DNA from: Lentimicrobiaceae bacterium
GTDB lineage: Bacteria > Bacteroidota > Bacteroidia > Bacteroidales > F082
DNA length: 64,000 nt
Assembly (NCBI GenBank): GCA_015061335.1
Contig: SUWT01000007.1
Span: 897 to 64,896, forward strand
Direction of reading: 5' to 3'
Part shown: one piece after another, positions 63,228-64,000 of the stretch
Layout of the letters: the number at the start of each line of letters is the position of its first letter
Numbering within the stretch: position 1 is the stretch's first letter
Notes under the pieces: model-generated
Database searches by the model: none
Told to the model about the DNA's origin: nothing
Seen by the model: only the letters and a program-made list of their open reading frames with translations
Position numbers and translations under genes: made by a program

Positions 63228-64000
63228 GAAACTGAATTGTATAAGGTGTAATAATAATAATAAGGTACGGAATCTAATTCCGTGATGTATTCGTAATCAT
63301 TGTTTCTGTTGTAAAAACGAATGTTTCTTATGAAACGAGAACAGAGTTCCACAATGGTCGATTTTTCTTCAATAAATCCCATGAAATATAGGGGAACTAT
63401 TTCATTATCTAGATGCAATTGCTCAAAAGTGAATAGAATGAAATACAGGAAATCTTCCTTTGTATTGAAATAAAAATAATTATGGAAGATCAAGTCACAG
63501 TTGTTTATGATGGTCAGTTCGTAATAATTATTCTTTACATTGACGAAGGCTCTTGCTTCAGGGGTTCTGTTCTTGAATTCTTTTATGAGGCTTTCGACAA
63601 GTATTGTAGATGAATGTCGTATCTTTATTGTATCATTAAAACTACTTATTGAGCTTTCAATATCTTTAAAAATAGGATAAACATTACGAATGTTGAAATA
63701 TGATATATCATCTGTCTCAATGAGATCGTCATGAGGGATATTGAGCAGGTCTAAATATCTTTCTTTGAGATTATTTTGATATAATTGAGATGGGATGAAG
63801 GTATTATATTGATTATCAATGATGAAATATACTTTGTAAAAGTCATTTATTTTCCATCCCTCATTATCTTGTAGTTCTGAAAGAAGAATGTCTAGTGGTA
63901 TGTTCTTTTCTGTCTTATAATGTTTTAGGCTTACGAACTTTTGATTCTCTATGTCAAAAATGATAAAACAAAGACCATCCAATGAGTATTGGATGGTCAA
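63218..64000 (-). CDS. DUF3822-like protein, C-terminal part (gene continues past window end)
   Basis: The ORF is open to the window edge, so the TTG start there is an artefact. It sits just upstream of and overlaps rsmD, as I recall for DUF3822 genes in Bacteroidota. Confidence 0.45.
   Translation of the reverse strand: MTIQYSLDGLCFIIFDIENQKFVSLKHYKTEKNIPLDILLSELQDNEGWKINDFYKVYFIIDNQYNTFIPSQLYQNNLKERYLDLLNIPHDDLIETDDISYFNIRNVYPIFKDIESSISSFNDTIKIRHSSTILVESLIKEFKNRTPEARAFVNVKNNYYELTIINNCDLIFHNYFYFNTKEDFLYFILFTFEQLHLDNEIVPLYFMGFIEEKSTIVELCSRFIRNIRFYNRNNDYEYITELDSVPYYYYYTLYNSVSCE

Overview
This is an AT-rich chromosomal segment that looks like a Bacteroidota (Bacteroidales-like) genome. The evidence is exact TAnnTTTG -7 promoter boxes in front of many genes, numerous lipoprotein signal peptides, and three large secreted proteins ending in type-A T9SS C-terminal sorting domains. 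I count about 50 CDS and 2 tRNAs. Most are housekeeping: nadE, two M24B aminopeptidases, class II RNR, an MltD-like transglycosylase, lysS, holB, lnt, a GT9 glycosyltransferase, rocD, yicC, nadD, purC, phoH, a ComM/YifB ATPase, rpmB, galE, a PpiD-like chaperone, a CNNM/GldE-lptC-coaX block, and rsmD. I found no transposase, integrase, rRNA, CRISPR array or recognisable defence genes. Two things stand out. (1) A five-gene operon at 15964-21717 joins an atypical ABC importer to a partner-switching module. The importer has a permease with a fused half binding-protein domain, an ATPase with a shortened beta-subdomain and an extra C-terminal RsbW/GHKL-like domain, and an NMT1-type binding protein. 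The signalling part is a Cache-HAMP-PP2C phosphatase fused to an RsbW-like kinase, plus a STAS protein. No sigma factor gene is nearby, so the ATPase tail may be the switched partner. (2) A pervasive family of 7-8 nt tandem arrays sits in intergenic spacers. The arrays often come as inverted pairs and begin at or within a few nt of a gene's stop codon at most loci. At four loci they flank a conserved GTAGAGACG..CGTCTC hairpin. Related arrays also sit in frame inside two genes, the ABC ATPase and the GT9 glycosyltransferase. They also form the C-terminal tail of PhoH. All functional calls come from reading the translated ORFs and the raw sequence; no database search was possible.
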